Shown here: positions 61,810 through 64,000 of the stretch, one piece after another
Position numbering within the stretch: position 1 is the stretch's first letter
Layout: each line of letters begins with the position of its first letter
Assembly: GCF_964355755.1 (NCBI RefSeq)
Contig: NC_092671.1
Location: 35,536,304-35,600,303, forward strand
DNA from: Antedon mediterranea
Lineage: Eukaryota > Animalia > Echinodermata
Direction of reading: 5' to 3'
Length of the DNA: 64,000 nt
The notes under the pieces: model-generated
What the model was told of the DNA's origin: nothing
Database searches by the model: none
What the model saw: only the letters and a program-made list of their open reading frames with translations
Program-made: the position numbers and the translations under genes

Positions 61810-62045
61810 CAATTGCACAGTGTGTTTGTGTGGACAAGTACACCGGGGTAAAACCTCTTACTCGTTTTGAAAGATTTACATAGGTTTTTTAAAGTGCACA
61901 TGAGCTATGTGTACACTGGACCTACGGTTTATAGTCCTTCTAGACTCGTTCTACCACCAGAACCATGAAGCGAGTGAGCCTCGAACCCTTGCCGATGGCT
62001 ACGTAATTACGGTTCCACTGTCTTAACCGCTTGGCCACTCACACA
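61810..62045 (-). mobile_element. tRNA-derived SINE with Nin/Deu-like central domain
   Basis: Minus-strand A-box agtggccaagcggttaag and B-box ggttcgaggc; central motif ggacctacggtttatagtcct (as read on plus). Confidence 0.7.
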
Positions 62046-63774
62046 CTCGTTTGATTATATTATTTTTACTAAATTTATGTTTCATAAATTTATTAGTTTA
62101 ATAACTTGACCTTTGTGTTAGATGATACATATAAGCCCAAGAGTTCACGTTTATTTAATAAAGCTTTAGCCATAGTATTAATTTCATTGAAAACATCTAC
62201 ATATCATCAAGGGGTCACGTACCATTTGGGTAATCTGGTAATACAATACTTGTATTACGCTAATACGAGTCTGTTACAATTTACTATAATCACGTGTCTT
62301 GATTAACAGTTGTGGATCTAAAAGAAGTATGAGCCATCTTGAAACGCGTTTTGATATGGGAACGTGCACATCTAGAATGGGATTGGGGGATAGTTGTGTA
62401 GACACGCGTCCAAACAATGTTTTTTCTATATATATTTAGGAAAATTGATAACCACAAGCGAATTCATTCACTATCCTTCTTGAAGGTGCCAATCCTGTTC
62501 ACAAGACAAACGTATACACAACAAAGTCTTTGGGAGTGGAGTTATAACTTGTCATTAGAAAAAATCCTGACAGGACTTGAACCAAGGGCCCTTGGGTGCC
62601 TTGGGTTGGTAGCCAAGCATCATAACCACCAAGCAAGAACTTCTTTTGTTGTTGTGAAAAAAACAAACAAATTCCCATGATAATTAATGTATGCACCATA
62701 TTCAGCCAATCACAAAGCGGATATTACTTTCTATCTGCATAGTGATGAGCAGAAGGCGAAGTGAATATTGACTTGGCAATTCCATGTGAAATCATAACAC
62801 GTATAATAACAACTAGCCAAAGGTCATTATACCGAGGCTTTGAAGCTTTGAAAATTGAATTATCTTGTTGTAACTCAACCCACTGGCTATTCAACGAGTA
62901 ACTGACTTCAACCCAGGGGTTTAATTTACTTTATCGATTCAATTTATTATCGTGTTTATGAAGATTGACAAAGATAATTACGGCTGGTGTAACATACGGG
63001 AACTGCATTAGCAATTATTATCCAGTAATGTTATCGAACGAAAGCACATTAATGAAAATACACATACCTTTGTGTAGGCCTTGTCCAGTATGACAATTAC
63101 AAGAATGTTTTACCTGATAATTAACAAGAGATGTTTTTGAAGAAACAAAATTACCCACGTTCTAAATTTATTCATCCCTTAATCTGCAGTCATTTTAATT
63201 TATTATGGCGTGCTTTAATAACATTTTAATCGATACCGTATTAATATTAGCTCCACGTATTACTCTTCTTTTTGAAAGGCTTAATGATCCGTCATATACC
63301 TATATGTTTGTTTATTTTTGTATTTATTTTATTTAACAACAACAATTCTTTATACAAGATTACATTACACAATCAGCAGTAACAAGAAAACCTGTTATAT
63401 TGCACCGGTGTATATTGTTGATATGTGCTTTAGTGGAATCTCAATTTACACACGATATGCCAGCCAATGGTGATTATCAAGTATGGCCTTTAAGGTATGA
63501 CTATTATAGAAACCCTTATATGTTAAATTCAATGTTACATCAATACCACTACCGTACAATTGATAGAGTGCATTGACACACCACCTCCACTATCAAATTT
63601 GTTCAGTTTGCATCTACTAATCTTTTTAACATTTTTTCCTTAAATGTAATTGTTTGGAGATTAAGCTCACTTAGCTTTTCATTTTATGCTTTATAGGCTA
63701 ATTGTATTTTATCCATATTTTCTTTTTCTTTAATAAATTAAATTATAAGCTTATAATACTTTGACAATATAGTA

Positions 63775-63912
63775 TTATTTAGGAAGTCCATGAAAGGGGA
63801 CATGTGGTTTCTATTCCATAAAATTAATTGAATTATAAGCTTGATACTACTTTAAACAAATATTATTATATATAGGAAGTCCATAAAAGGGGAATGTGGT
63901 TTCTATTCCATA
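63775..63912. repeat. Imperfect ~95-bp tandem duplication
   Basis: taggaagtccat.aaagggga..tgtggtttctattccataa occurs twice. Confidence 0.75.
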
Positions 63913-64000
63913 ATATAAGGTTTCTATTTCATGTAGGCCTACATGAAATATGTTAAGTTACTGGTATTGCCAAACCCATTCACTAACACTGCTACTGGAA

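Overview
AT-rich, intron-containing animal genomic DNA, probably from a marine invertebrate deuterostome such as an echinoderm (inference from gene content and repeat families). It is not prokaryotic, so most entries in the supplied ORF track are exon fragments or spurious. By reading GT-AG splice sites and checking exon phases I reconstruct nine loci: (1) a C/EBP-related (Xrp1/CHOP-like) bZIP factor with an overlapping uORF; (2-3) two tandem EMI/EGF-repeat (MEGF10/draper-like) receptors, one intact with a tyrosine-motif tail and one disrupted and apparently tail-less; (4) a cholinesterase-like carboxylesterase with an AChE-T-type WAT tail; (5) a small 3-exon Cys-rich/Lys-rich gene missed by the ORF track; (6) beta-tubulin; (7) a triple-TM2-domain protein with an in-frame stop before a PPxY tail; (8) a RabX1-like GTPase; (9) GATM with two candidate first coding exons. 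Introns and spacers hold many MITEs (Harbinger-, hAT-, Kolobok-, Academ-like), a head-to-tail Helitron dimer, a Helentron-type element, LINE 3' fragments, SINEs and a Penelope-like hairpin. All calls were made by eye; no database search was run.
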